This document shows, piece by piece, positions 20,009 through 29,826 of a DNA stretch of 64,000 nucleotides; within the stretch, counting starts at the first letter, position 1, and each line of letters starts with the position of its first letter. Origin of the DNA: Planctomycetota bacterium (GTDB lineage Bacteria > Planctomycetota > PLA2 > JAEUHO01); the NCBI GenBank assembly GCA_965222115.1, contig CBDCTJ010000007.1, forward strand, positions 1,184,001 to 1,248,000, read 5' to 3'. The notes below the pieces were generated by a model that saw only the letters and a list, made by a program, of their open reading frames with translations, made no database searches and was not told where the DNA came from. The translations under genes were made by a program, and so were the position numbers.

Positions 20009-20839
20009 CTACGATGAACCCAAAAATGGTCTCAAAAACGCTTGACTTGCGGCCGCCGTTGCTGGTGCGGAACTGGAGTGACGCGACAGTTCCACTTCCA
20101 GAGGACCGGAATACCCCACCTCCGCAAGTGCATCAAACAGCGCGTCAAAGTCAATCGCCCCATGACCGAACATGAGGTGGTCGTGCACGCCCTCCATGTG
20201 GTCATTGAGATGCACAACATCGAGATCACTTGCGAATTGCCTCACCCAGGTATGGGGTTGGCCTTCCCGAGTCGCTAAACAATGTCCCACGTCCAATGTG
20301 AGGCGAAAGGCCGGATGATCGACGGCGTCTCGAATGGATGGCCAGTCCTCGATGCGTTCAATGGCCATGCCGGGTTCGGGTTCAAACGCCAGCACAACGC
20401 CCAAGTCCGTTGCATACGCACAGAGAGCACGAAGACGTGGCACCAAACGATCGATGGCGGCTTCCACGGTGAGTTGTTCAGGCGCGGATCCCGACCACAA
20501 GCTCACCGAAGGAGCATCGAGATTCGCGGCGAGTTCGATCAATCGCTCCAAGAACGCTACACGCTTTGCTGCGTGCATCTCCTCGTCCAGCAATGTGGGC
20601 CAGTGTTTTCGATTCGGGTCCAGAACGAACCGAGCGCCCGACTCAATGACTACGGACAATTCATGAGCATCGCATGCGCGCTTGAACTGTTCTATGTCGG
20701 CTGCTGTGGATTGAAATGGGTCCAGATGGTGAACGTCGGGTGTGAGCGCAATGCCATCGTAGCCGAGGTCGGCCACGATCTTGACCACGTCGTGCAATCG
20801 ATGAAACGCAAAGCCGTTGGTGTTGTAGAAGAGCTTCAT
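20009..20839 (-). CDS. Sugar phosphate isomerase/epimerase (xylose-isomerase-like TIM barrel)
   Basis: FEPEPG, LDVGH, HLND, HDHL.FG.G.IDF and VEL metal-binding motifs. Confidence 0.9.
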   Translation of the reverse strand: MKLFYNTNGFAFHRLHDVVKIVADLGYDGIALTPDVHHLDPFQSTAADIEQFKRACDAHELSVVIESGARFVLDPNRKHWPTLLDEEMHAAKRVAFLERLIELAANLDAPSVSLWSGSAPEQLTVEAAIDRLVPRLRALCAYATDLGVVLAFEPEPGMAIERIEDWPSIRDAVDHPAFRLTLDVGHCLATREGQPHTWVRQFASDLDVVHLNDHMEGVHDHLMFGHGAIDFDALFDALAEVGYSGPLEVELSRHSSSAPATAAASQAFLRPFLGSS

Positions 20840-20861
20840 CGACTGTCGAACATGTGCAGGA

Positions 20862-21566
20862 CTACTTCTTCATGCGCAATTGCTTCTTCGCTAGCCCGTC
20901 GATTTCTCCGGCTTTGGCGGCGGGGCGCTCTTCCCTTTGAAAGTAGTGATTGCACACCTGCTCTTGATCCCAATCTTCTTCTTCGTTATGGGGCAAATGT
21001 TGGATGACTTCATCGTTCCAAATGTCTCTAGCTTCGGCGCAGATTTCAATGGCTTCGCTCAGCCCATCTTGCCACGCCTCAATGTTGCCTTCTCGTTTGG
21101 CGGCCATCGCCGCGTCGTATACACCTTGTGCCTTTTCGGCCAGGACCTTGATGCGCGCGGCCACTTCCTTGACTGTGGCGCGCATGGCGGCATCCACTTC
21201 GGGGGGCGGCGCACGTTTCGGCGTATTGTCCACCGGCTCCTCTTTCGGTTTGCCGGAGTCTGCCGTTAACTCGGTTGGCGACGTCGCGTTTGGATTCGGG
21301 CCCTTCTTCTTGTTGCCCGACATGATCAGAAATATGCCGACGACGCCGGCCAGCAGCAGTGCCGCAACGATCGTGGCGGTTGCGCCACCACCTCCTCCAC
21401 TACGACGCGGCGGAGGACGCCTACCGCCCGACGAACGACCGCGACCACCACTTGAGCGACTCCGCCCGCCACCACCGGACCGACCACTACCAGAGCGACT
21501 GCCGCCGGATCGGCTACGAGAACCGGAACCGGCGCGAGCGCGCGAGCGCGAACGATGGCTGCTCAT
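20862..21566 (-). CDS. Hypothetical bitopic membrane protein with an Arg/Ser/Gly-rich N-terminus
   Basis: MSSHRSRSRAR low-complexity stretch, one TM, helical C-terminal domain; SD-like GAGGAG before ATG 21566. Confidence 0.72.
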   Translation of the reverse strand: MSSHRSRSRARAGSGSRSRSGGSRSGSGRSGGGGRSRSSGGRGRSSGGRRPPPRRSGGGGGATATIVAALLLAGVVGIFLIMSGNKKKGPNPNATSPTELTADSGKPKEEPVDNTPKRAPPPEVDAAMRATVKEVAARIKVLAEKAQGVYDAAMAAKREGNIEAWQDGLSEAIEICAEARDIWNDEVIQHLPHNEEEDWDQEQVCNHYFQREERPAAKAGEIDGLAKKQLRMKK

Positions 21567-21712
21567 ACGAAACTCCTCGGGTCGCCTATCGATTCGCGAC
21601 GGAGCGGGTTGTAACACGCGACCGGGTTCGTGGCCCGGCATGCGCGCTCGTAACGTGTACAGGCCCGCTGGATGGGCTCGAATTCGACCGCCGTGCGCGG
21701 TACAAGGCGGCG

Positions 21713-23080
21713 ATGCGTACCGCTCGTGACTATGCCGCTGATGCTCTTCTGCGTGTTGAGCGCGGCCATGGCTGGGTACAGGATCATCTCGCAACGGCTC
21801 GCGTCCATGTGCGTGACCCGCGCGACCGCGGTCTCATGACCGAACTGGCCTACGGTGTGATGCGACGCAGAGGTACGCTCGATGCCATCATCGGCCGCGT
21901 AAGCAAACGGCGCGTGCGCGATCTTCATGCCGCCGTCAAGACCGCGCTTCGCGTGGGCGCTTATCAACTTGTGTTTCTCGATGCTGTGCCTGCGCACGCG
22001 GCACTGGATCACGCGGCGGGTTGGGCCAAGCATCACGCCGGTTCAAGACGTGCGGGGTATGTCAATGCATGCATGCGTGCGCTTGTGACGTATGCCCCCG
22101 AGCGAAGCGACAAGCTTCGAAGTCGTGAACCCGATCAACGAATTGTTGATGTTCGACGCGACATCCCCCGCGGCGATGGATCTATGATTCGCTTGGCGCG
22201 TAGAGCGTTTCCGTCAGAAGCGCAGGGCGTGGTGCCCAGTTTGTCGGCACGCTACTCGTATCCTGCGTGGTTGGTGTCGCGCTGGATCAAGTCCATGGGG
22301 CGGAAGCGTTGCGAGACGCATCTCGCCGCAGGCCTAACGACGCCGCCCTTGACCTTCCGTCAGCGAGGAGGCGTCGACGCGTTGTTGGCGCGCGCCAAGG
22401 CACTGGACATTGACTTGGCGCCGGGTTCGCTCGAAGGGGCGTGGCGTGTGACGGGTCGGGTGGGGCAAGCAATGACACTGGTTCAAGAGGGATTGGCGTC
22501 GGTACAGGATGAAACCAGTCAGCGAGCCGTGCCACTGCTGAATCTGCAAGGCGGTGAATCTGTGCTCGACCTCTGCGCCGCTCCGGGCGGCAAGACGCAG
22601 CACATATTCGATTGCTTGCGCAGCGGTTGCGTTACGGCAAGTGACGTGAGTGAAGACAAGGTGAAGGAACTCGTCGCGCTCTCACCGCCGTCAAGCGACA
22701 TTCAGTACAGCGCCGTGTGCATTCCTCCCAAAGGAGCGATTCCGTTTCCTCCTGCATCATTCGACGCCATTTTGGTAGACGCGCCGTGTTCCAACACGGG
22801 CGTGCTTCGTAGACGTGTCGAGGCACGTTGGCGACTTCGGCATGGCGACGTGGAATCGTTGGCGACTCAGCAATTGGATCTGCTATCTCGTGCGTGGCCG
22901 CTGTTGCGATCGGGTGGACGGTTGGTCTACAGCACCTGTTCGGTTGAATCGCAGGAGAACGAAGATGTGACGCAGCGTTTCGTCACGACGTGCAACGACG
23001 CCGTGCTAGGTAAGGGGTACAGCGCGGTCGCTAGTGAGCGCGCAGATGGCGGGTTTGGCGTTCCCGTCCAAAAGATGTAG
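21713..23080 (+). CDS. rsmB: 16S rRNA m5C967 methyltransferase RsmB/Sun (NusB-like plus MTase domains)
   Basis: ELAYGVMR, LRVGAYQL, VQDETSQ, VLDLCAAPGGKT, DAPCSNTG and LVYSTCS..ENE motifs. Confidence 0.92.
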   Translation: MRTARDYAADALLRVERGHGWVQDHLATARVHVRDPRDRGLMTELAYGVMRRRGTLDAIIGRVSKRRVRDLHAAVKTALRVGAYQLVFLDAVPAHAALDHAAGWAKHHAGSRRAGYVNACMRALVTYAPERSDKLRSREPDQRIVDVRRDIPRGDGSMIRLARRAFPSEAQGVVPSLSARYSYPAWLVSRWIKSMGRKRCETHLAAGLTTPPLTFRQRGGVDALLARAKALDIDLAPGSLEGAWRVTGRVGQAMTLVQEGLASVQDETSQRAVPLLNLQGGESVLDLCAAPGGKTQHIFDCLRSGCVTASDVSEDKVKELVALSPPSSDIQYSAVCIPPKGAIPFPPASFDAILVDAPCSNTGVLRRRVEARWRLRHGDVESLATQQLDLLSRAWPLLRSGGRLVYSTCSVESQENEDVTQRFVTTCNDAVLGKGYSAVASERADGGFGVPVQKM

Positions 23081-23091
23081 CGGGGAAGCTG

Positions 23092-24636
23092 CTACTTGAC
23101 CGGTGGTGTATTGATTAACTTGAACATGCCGTCGTTTTGTTCGGCAAGTCGTTTCATAAATGCCGACGCGGACTGCGCGTTTTCCATGCCGGCGAACGCG
23201 ACCGGTGGGTCGCCGACGACGAGCGCGATGCAGTGAATGCGGATCTTTCGGAACCGGTTGCGTCGCGCGATATCGAGCAGAATGAGCTCGGGATCGATCA
23301 CCGGCCCCATGCTCGGGTAGCCATCCGAGAGAAAGAAGATCGTGTCCACATTGGGATCGGCGAGCGCCGTGTGGAGCGCTTCGATGGTATTGGTTCCGCC
23401 ACCGGGCTTATGTACGCGGGCGAATCGTTTTGCCCGTGCACGTGATCCGGGGAGCGCCTTCTTCAGGCTCGGCTGCCATGCGTTTACGCGGTTACTAAAC
23501 GTCAGCAAATTGAATTGCGTGGACTTGCGAAGTTTGTCGATCACCTTAAGCAACTCGGCTTTGGCCATCACCAGGCGCTTGTTCCACGCCATGCTGTTGC
23601 TCACATCAAGCACAAAGACAATGCGGTCGCTCCGCAATCCAATGCCGTGGTAGGTCGATTCTTCGGTGGGCGTCTTGGGGTCACGTTTGATGTCGGACTT
23701 TGGGCGGCCCGCGCGAGCTGTTTGCCACGCCTTCCACAACTCCACGTCCATGCCAATGTTGGCGCCCGAAATGTTCTTGAGCGCGCGGTGGTACGCATCG
23801 GCCAACCGTAGATCTTCTTCTCGAGCTTCATCCATCAAGGTAATGAGTTTCGAAACGGCGCTCTCGTCCCGAAGTGCGCCCAACGCCAGCGCGGCCTGCT
23901 CGCGAACGCGGGGTGAACGGTCCTTTAGGGCGCGCTTGAGAGCCGACGACGAGCGCGGGTGGGCCAAGAGGCCAAGTGCATGTGCTGCCACCATGCGGAG
24001 TCCCGTGTCTTCATCGAGGAGAATCGCTTCGAGGAGTACGCGGGCGCGCCGACTGCCAAGCATGCCAAGCGCCTCGATAGCCGAGGCCCGCACCGGTCGT
24101 GTGGCAGTGCTCATGACGATTTGCATGAGTGGCTTCGCGGCTTCCTTATCCCCCAACTGAGCCAGCGCGCGGATCGCTTCCTCCTTAACGTACGGCGTGG
24201 CGTGACGAAGCACGTGGGAACGCAGGTGGTGACGAGTTTCGGGGCGCCTTGCGGCGCGAAACACCTTATGAAGTAAGCCAACCAGACTTGCATTGCGACT
24301 CTGCTCGGCGAAACGAATTGCGGCCATAAGATCGTTGGGCGAACCGTTACGAACCTTGGCAGCGAGAATCACTGCGGCAAGATGTACGTCGCGACGGCTG
24401 TATTGATCCAAGTAGCGTTGAAGGCTCTCGTTGGCACGCTTGGATTTGTGATCTGCAATCTCATTCAACAGTGTGCCAATCGCGCTGTAGTTGGCGATGT
24501 GTTGCGCGACGATCAATGTAGCGACCTTGCTCTCAAGCTCATCGATTGGGCGCAGCGTCTTGGCCTGGGCACCTGTAGCAAAGACGGTAGCTAGAAGCCC
24601 ACACACAACGAGGGTTCGAATGCATCGCATGGGCAC
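23092..24636 (-). CDS. Secreted HEAT-repeat plus VWA domain protein
   Basis: Signal peptide; VR..AA.ALG repeats; MIDAS motif FVLDVSNSM, GGTN and FLSDG. Confidence 0.88.
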   Translation of the reverse strand: MPMRCIRTLVVCGLLATVFATGAQAKTLRPIDELESKVATLIVAQHIANYSAIGTLLNEIADHKSKRANESLQRYLDQYSRRDVHLAAVILAAKVRNGSPNDLMAAIRFAEQSRNASLVGLLHKVFRAARRPETRHHLRSHVLRHATPYVKEEAIRALAQLGDKEAAKPLMQIVMSTATRPVRASAIEALGMLGSRRARVLLEAILLDEDTGLRMVAAHALGLLAHPRSSSALKRALKDRSPRVREQAALALGALRDESAVSKLITLMDEAREEDLRLADAYHRALKNISGANIGMDVELWKAWQTARAGRPKSDIKRDPKTPTEESTYHGIGLRSDRIVFVLDVSNSMAWNKRLVMAKAELLKVIDKLRKSTQFNLLTFSNRVNAWQPSLKKALPGSRARAKRFARVHKPGGGTNTIEALHTALADPNVDTIFFLSDGYPSMGPVIDPELILLDIARRNRFRKIRIHCIALVVGDPPVAFAGMENAQSASAFMKRLAEQNDGMFKLINTPPVK

Positions 24637-24639
24637 GGC

Positions 24640-26304
24640 TTAGTCCTTGATTACACGCACGCGAATGATCTTGTCGCAGCGTTCCAGGCGATCGGCAACC
24701 GCTTGGCCGCTGTAGACGCGACCGAAGCACGTGTACCCGCGTTCGGTAAACGCCGGCTGCGGTGCCGTCATGATGAAAAACTGGCTCCCGTTCTTTTCAC
24801 GCATGCCGCTTGCGAAGCCGACGGCGCCACGCCAAAAGCTGAAGCGCTTGTTGACTTCGCGATCGATCTCCTCGGGCGACGTGCCGCTTCCAGCGAAATC
24901 GCAACCTTGTTCGCGGCTGATGGGATCGCCTCCTTGCGCAAAGGCGTCACCGATCACGCGATGAAAGAGCGTGCCGTCATAAAACTTGCTGCGAACAAGG
25001 CTGAGGAAGTGCTTCACCGCCTTAGGAACGTCATCAGCATAGAGTTGCAGCACGATCACCCCGTGGGAGGTGACGATTTCTACAAGCGGCAGATCGTCGC
25101 GGGCGTTTAGTTGGGCTCGGGCAGCAGCCTCTTTGGCATGAGCAACGCCCTGGGCGCGTGCTTTCGCGGCTCGGGCCGTATAGTGCTGCACCGACTGCGG
25201 CGGGAGACCGGGACGCTTGCCCACCGCTTCCCAGGCCTTGGCGGCGTCTTCAAAACGTTCCATGGACTCAAGCACACGCGCTCGTTCGTAGCCCGCCTTG
25301 TGCCTCGCCGCCACGTCGTTGCTATGCGCCAATCCGTCGTACATCGCGAGCGCGGCTTCGAACTGGTTGATCCAGTGATGGCTCTGCGCTAGACAAAGAA
25401 GATCCTTGTTGGTGAGGGGTTCGCGCTCGCCCACCCAGGCAAGGTTGTCAAAGACCTCCGGCACAAAGTCCTTGTCTTCCTTGGCAGCGCCGCGCCACTC
25501 CTCTTGAACCAAACGTCGTGCCGCATGGGCGCGACTACCGCGATCGCTGATCTCTTTGTCCTCGGCGATGAGCTGCTTCCACTTCGTGGCGGAAATCGCG
25601 CCCGATCCCTTGGGATCACCGAACTCCGTGAGACGAATCCATGTGGCCGTAGATGCCAACCCTGCGGGCAATTCGGGTGGGCGTGATGACTTCAACTTGA
25701 GCGCGGCGGGCCATGTGTGGACATGGCCCAAACCACGTGCCCAAATGCACGCCATGCGTAAAGACTTCGTTGCGCCCATGGTCGGTTCGATGAGGCGCAA
25801 TGGAATGGCCATCTCCGTATAGCTGCGAAAGTCCCCAATTTTGGAACGCACCACCATCTTGTTCACCAGGCGTTCGATGCCGGGGTCACCGTAGCGACTC
25901 AGAATTACATGGCTGCGATCGTGTTCGAGGGGTTCATAGTTTAGCTCCACACTGCCCGGTGTGTTGGACGCGCCGTCGCGTTCATTGCTCGCGAAGTGGA
26001 GCATGAGATGTGTGCCCGTTGTCCATGTGCGTTCGAATACAAACGCGAGCATGAGCGTGCCTCGCATCTGCTTGATGGCGAGCGAGCCCACGCCCTTTGG
26101 GTGCTTGAGTGTGAGCGCGTCGCCCCACTCAGCGCTCGAAACCATGCCGTCGAGTTGAATAGGAATGCCTTTGGGCACGGCATGAGCTGGCGCCGTTGAC
26201 TCCGACGTTGCAGGCTCGTCCTTGGCGACCGAAGTCGTCGGGATCCATGCCAAGAGTACGAGCATGCAAAGCACTCGACATTTGATGAAATGGGGTCGCG
26301 GCAT
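24640..26304 (-). CDS. Secreted cyclophilin-type peptidyl-prolyl isomerase with an N-terminal beta domain and TPR-like region
   Basis: C-terminal FYDGTLFHRVI..AQGGDP..NGSQFFI..YTCFGRV; signal peptide; N-terminal LDG..EW.DA motif. Confidence 0.88.
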   Translation of the reverse strand: MPRPHFIKCRVLCMLVLLAWIPTTSVAKDEPATSESTAPAHAVPKGIPIQLDGMVSSAEWGDALTLKHPKGVGSLAIKQMRGTLMLAFVFERTWTTGTHLMLHFASNERDGASNTPGSVELNYEPLEHDRSHVILSRYGDPGIERLVNKMVVRSKIGDFRSYTEMAIPLRLIEPTMGATKSLRMACIWARGLGHVHTWPAALKLKSSRPPELPAGLASTATWIRLTEFGDPKGSGAISATKWKQLIAEDKEISDRGSRAHAARRLVQEEWRGAAKEDKDFVPEVFDNLAWVGEREPLTNKDLLCLAQSHHWINQFEAALAMYDGLAHSNDVAARHKAGYERARVLESMERFEDAAKAWEAVGKRPGLPPQSVQHYTARAAKARAQGVAHAKEAAARAQLNARDDLPLVEIVTSHGVIVLQLYADDVPKAVKHFLSLVRSKFYDGTLFHRVIGDAFAQGGDPISREQGCDFAGSGTSPEEIDREVNKRFSFWRGAVGFASGMREKNGSQFFIMTAPQPAFTERGYTCFGRVYSGQAVADRLERCDKIIRVRVIKD

Positions 26305-26375
26305 GGAGAAATCCTACTCGAAGTCTCTACGCCATAGGGCCCCGTTGCACCCGCTTGTGTCGCGCGAGTTTGGCG

Positions 26376-26381
26376 TATGCT
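26376..26381 (+). promoter_or_regulatory. Putative -10 box (TATGCT)
   Basis: 7 nt upstream of ATG 26389; the divergent gene has TAGGAT (26316-26311) 6 nt before ATG 26304. Confidence 0.5.
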
Positions 26382-26388
26382 CGCGTCC

Positions 26389-27723
26389 ATGAATGGTTCC
26401 GCACCCGAGATTCAGGCGATTCGTGACGAGTTTCCAGCACTCCGTCGGCTGCGACGTGGGATGCCGCCCATCTATCTGAATAGCACCTGCATGACGCTGC
26501 GACCCCAGCCGGTGATTGATGCCATCACCGAGTACTACACCATGTATCCAACGTGTGGCGGTGGGCGTGTGAGTGGCCCCCATGTTGCGGAGACCAGCTG
26601 GTTTCAGGGCGAGCTCCGTGAGCGCGAGTTGGCCTCTCGCGAGGCCGTGCGTGCGCTACTCAACGCGCGCGATGTGCGTGAGATCGTGTGGACGCGAAAC
26701 TCGACCGAGGCCATCAATATCGTGGCGTCGGGACTTGCGTTGGAGCCCGGCGATGAGGTACTGAGTGCGGAGCGCGAACATAACTCCAATCTCGTGCCGT
26801 GGCTTGAAGCGGAGCGTCGCCTCCGGTCACGCTCGGGCGATGCCCAATTGTCGTTACGCAAGACCTTTGATCTCGCGGCGGACGGTTCCTTTGATTTAGG
26901 AAGTGCACTTGCGGAAGTTACGCCGCGAACAAAAGTGATTGCTCTCGGTCACACCAGCAACTTGGATGGCACCACCATCACCGACGATGCGATCCGCGTG
27001 TTGAGCAAGCGCGTTCACGAAAACGGTGGCGTGTTTGTATTGGATGCGGCGCAGAGTGTGCCCCATCGCTCTGTGGATGTGCTTGACTTGGGTGTGGACT
27101 TTCTCGCGATGAGTCTTCACAAAATGTGCGGCCCCACCGGGATGGGTGTGCTCTACGGTCGTTACGATCAACTGTCTAAACTCGTGCCATTTGTGGTGGG
27201 GGGCGACACCGTTCGCGATACGTGGCAAGACCGCGTGGAGTATAAGGATCCACCGGGTCGCTTTGAAGCTGGGCTTCAGCACTATGCTGGTATCGCGGCC
27301 ACAGCATCAGCCGTCAACTACGTTTCAAAGCGCGTGGGCTACGAGTGGATCGAGTCGCAGGAACGGAAGCTCATGCAGCGTTTGGACGAGCGCTTGCGCC
27401 CGCTCGAGAACGATCATTTTTGGTTGTTGGGGGATCCAGATCCACTACGGCGCAGCGCGGTTACGACCATGGCGTCTGGTAGCGGTGCCATGATGAATGC
27501 GATTGAGCGAACGGCCGACCGCGAGGCCAACATTATGGTCCGGCGCGGCATGTTCTGTGTGAATGCCTATCTGCATAAGCGTTTCGCTCACGTAGGCAGC
27601 GAAGCGAATAACGTACGCGTTTCGGTCTACTTTTACAACACGCTTGACGAATGCGACGCCTTCTGTGACATCGTAGAGCGCATCGTGAAGGACCCTTTGG
27701 CGCATCTGGATGCGGGTGCGTAG
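26389..27723 (+). CDS. sufS: Class II (SufS-like) cysteine desulfurase, PLP-dependent class V aminotransferase
   Basis: RNSTEAIN, EHNSNLVPW, DAAQSVPH, SLHKMCGPTGMGVLYG, FEAG and catalytic loop RRGMFC. Confidence 0.88.
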   Translation: MNGSAPEIQAIRDEFPALRRLRRGMPPIYLNSTCMTLRPQPVIDAITEYYTMYPTCGGGRVSGPHVAETSWFQGELRERELASREAVRALLNARDVREIVWTRNSTEAINIVASGLALEPGDEVLSAEREHNSNLVPWLEAERRLRSRSGDAQLSLRKTFDLAADGSFDLGSALAEVTPRTKVIALGHTSNLDGTTITDDAIRVLSKRVHENGGVFVLDAAQSVPHRSVDVLDLGVDFLAMSLHKMCGPTGMGVLYGRYDQLSKLVPFVVGGDTVRDTWQDRVEYKDPPGRFEAGLQHYAGIAATASAVNYVSKRVGYEWIESQERKLMQRLDERLRPLENDHFWLLGDPDPLRRSAVTTMASGSGAMMNAIERTADREANIMVRRGMFCVNAYLHKRFAHVGSEANNVRVSVYFYNTLDECDAFCDIVERIVKDPLAHLDAGA

Positions 27724-28203
27724 ATGAGCATTTCTGATGCCGTTCGGCGGTACTACGCGACAGAAATCTTTGGCGCGATGACGCGCGACGCGGCGCCGCC
27801 CAACTTTCGCCCGTTCAGTGAGCCGATAACCGGTTCGTCCACCATCAAGGGGTGTCGGGGCGAAGGCCGGGACCTACTAACGATTGAAGTTCACGAAGCG
27901 GGAGGTGTGCTCGACCGCGTACGTGCGTCATGTGGGCTTTGCGGGCCTGCGATGATGGTGGCGGCCGATGTGGTGGTGCGATTTGCGTCTGGGCAAAACG
28001 CCGACGAGACGCGTGCGCTTGATCCGCTGGCAGCGGAGGCGCTCCTACCCCTGTTCGACCTGCTCGGGGACGAAGGGCATGCGGAGGACGCGCGCGAGAA
28101 GTTTCAGTATGCGCTCGCGGCACTACAGAATGCCGCACGGGATTCGAGCGGCCTGCCGCCGTTGCCCACGCCCGATGTTGCGCCGCCTGCGGCGCGGCAC
28201 TGA
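27724..28203 (+). CDS. Divergent SufU/IscU (NifU-N)-like protein
   Basis: Starts immediately after the desulfurase; GCRGEGRD-L.I.V..RASCGLCGPAMMVAADVV parallels IscU CGD...GC...AS. Confidence 0.6.
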   Translation: MSISDAVRRYYATEIFGAMTRDAAPPNFRPFSEPITGSSTIKGCRGEGRDLLTIEVHEAGGVLDRVRASCGLCGPAMMVAADVVVRFASGQNADETRALDPLAAEALLPLFDLLGDEGHAEDAREKFQYALAALQNAARDSSGLPPLPTPDVAPPAARH

Positions 28204-28231
28204 GCCCTTTTCCATATACGAGCCCTTTTCC
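28202..28231 (+). repeat. 12-bp direct repeat GAGCCCTTTTCC, two copies (period 18)
   Basis: Copies at 28202-28213 and 28220-28231, between the SufU-like stop and cysS. Confidence 0.7.
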
Positions 28232-28256
28232 GTAACCCCTCGCACAAGCAAGCACC

Positions 28257-29726
28257 ATGGCCGCCACCAAACCAACCCTCAATACGCAAAGCGCTTCGCG
28301 TTTGTCGCTGTATGACAGCCTCTCGCGCGCGACGGTTCCATTCGAACCGCAAGTTCCTGGAACAGCCCGTGTGTACAACTGCGGTCCCACCGTTTACAAC
28401 CACGTACACATTGGCAACTGGCTTGCCTTTTTGTGCTCTGATGTGCTAGTGCGTTGGCTCGCACTTACGAATCACGACGTTACGTACGTCCAGAACATTA
28501 CCGACATCGACGACAAGGTGATCCGCGATTGCCATGCGGCCGGGGAAGATCGCGCCACGTTCACATCGCGGTGGACGGCGGTGTTCTTTGATGGCATGCG
28601 TCGGCTTGGGTGCCGTATGCCCGACCACAGCCCGCGCGCAACCGATCACATCGATGGCATGGCGTCCATGATTCAGGCGTTGCTCGACAAGGACCATGCG
28701 TATCTCGCCGATGACGGCAGCATCTACTATCGCGTGACGTCTTTTGCGGACTACGGCAAGCTCGCGGGCTTGGATCTCAGCACGTTGAAAGACGGCGCGA
28801 GCGGTCGTGTATCCAACGACGAGTACGACAAGGATTCGGTTGCCGACTTTGCGCTGTGGAAAGCATATGCCGAGGCCGATGGCGATATTTTCTGGGAGCC
28901 CAGCTTCACGATCGATGGCAACGCACGGGTCGTTAAGGGTCGCCCCGGTTGGCACATCGAGTGCTCCGTAATGTCCACGGCCTTACTCGGCGAACAGATC
29001 GACATTCACACCGGTGGCATTGATCTCCGCTTTCCGCATCACCAAAACGAGATTGCACAGTCCGAGGCGGCTCTCGGTGTGACCCCGTTTGTTCGCGTGT
29101 GGATGCACAATCGCCACTTGCAAGTCGAAGGCGCGAAGATGTCCAAGAGTGCGGGCACCTTCATTACGTTGAAGCAACTGATTGATGAGTACGGCGACGC
29201 CGTTGTGGACTCGTTTCGCTATCTGGTGGTCACGTCACATTATCGGTCTTCGCTCGATTTCACGTTTGCTGGGCTGCGGGCGGCCTATAAGACGCTTGGC
29301 AATCTGCGGGAAGCGCGAGCGCGGTTGTTGACGCACGCCGGTGATGCGCAGGCCTCCGACTTTGCCGAGTCCTATCGCGTGACTTTCGTGGATGCAATGA
29401 ACGACGACCTCAACACGCCACGGGCCATTGGCGCCATTCATCAGGCAGTGGGCGCGGCGCTGAGTGCGATTGAGTCGAAGACGATCTCCCCCGAGGACGC
29501 TCGATCGGTGACCGATCTGTTGGCGCTTGCAGCCGAGGCGCTGGGGTTGCGACTTGAGCAACCCGAAGTCGTACTCACCGACGATGAGCAGCAGTTGGTT
29601 GATGCGCGCGCAGCCGCGCGAACTGCCAAGGAGTGGGCCGAGTCCGATCGTTTGCGCGACGTATTGGCCGAGCGGGGCGTCATCGTGAAAGACACGCCCA
29701 AGGGGCAAGAGATTCGTCGCGGTTAG
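28257..29726 (+). CDS. cysS: Cysteine--tRNA ligase
   Basis: CGPTVY, HIGN, DFALWK, GRPGWHIECS, DIHTGGIDL.FPHH.NE and KMSKS motifs. Confidence 0.98.
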   Translation: MAATKPTLNTQSASRLSLYDSLSRATVPFEPQVPGTARVYNCGPTVYNHVHIGNWLAFLCSDVLVRWLALTNHDVTYVQNITDIDDKVIRDCHAAGEDRATFTSRWTAVFFDGMRRLGCRMPDHSPRATDHIDGMASMIQALLDKDHAYLADDGSIYYRVTSFADYGKLAGLDLSTLKDGASGRVSNDEYDKDSVADFALWKAYAEADGDIFWEPSFTIDGNARVVKGRPGWHIECSVMSTALLGEQIDIHTGGIDLRFPHHQNEIAQSEAALGVTPFVRVWMHNRHLQVEGAKMSKSAGTFITLKQLIDEYGDAVVDSFRYLVVTSHYRSSLDFTFAGLRAAYKTLGNLREARARLLTHAGDAQASDFAESYRVTFVDAMNDDLNTPRAIGAIHQAVGAALSAIESKTISPEDARSVTDLLALAAEALGLRLEQPEVVLTDDEQQLVDARAAARTAKEWAESDRLRDVLAERGVIVKDTPKGQEIRRG

Positions 29727-29826
29727 TCGTCACTGTCGATTTTGTGAAAACACACGACTAAGGCCCTCGCAGACGCGTGGGTGAAGCACGCCTACAATCT
29801 CAGGTTCCCGCTGTTCAGGAGGCCTC

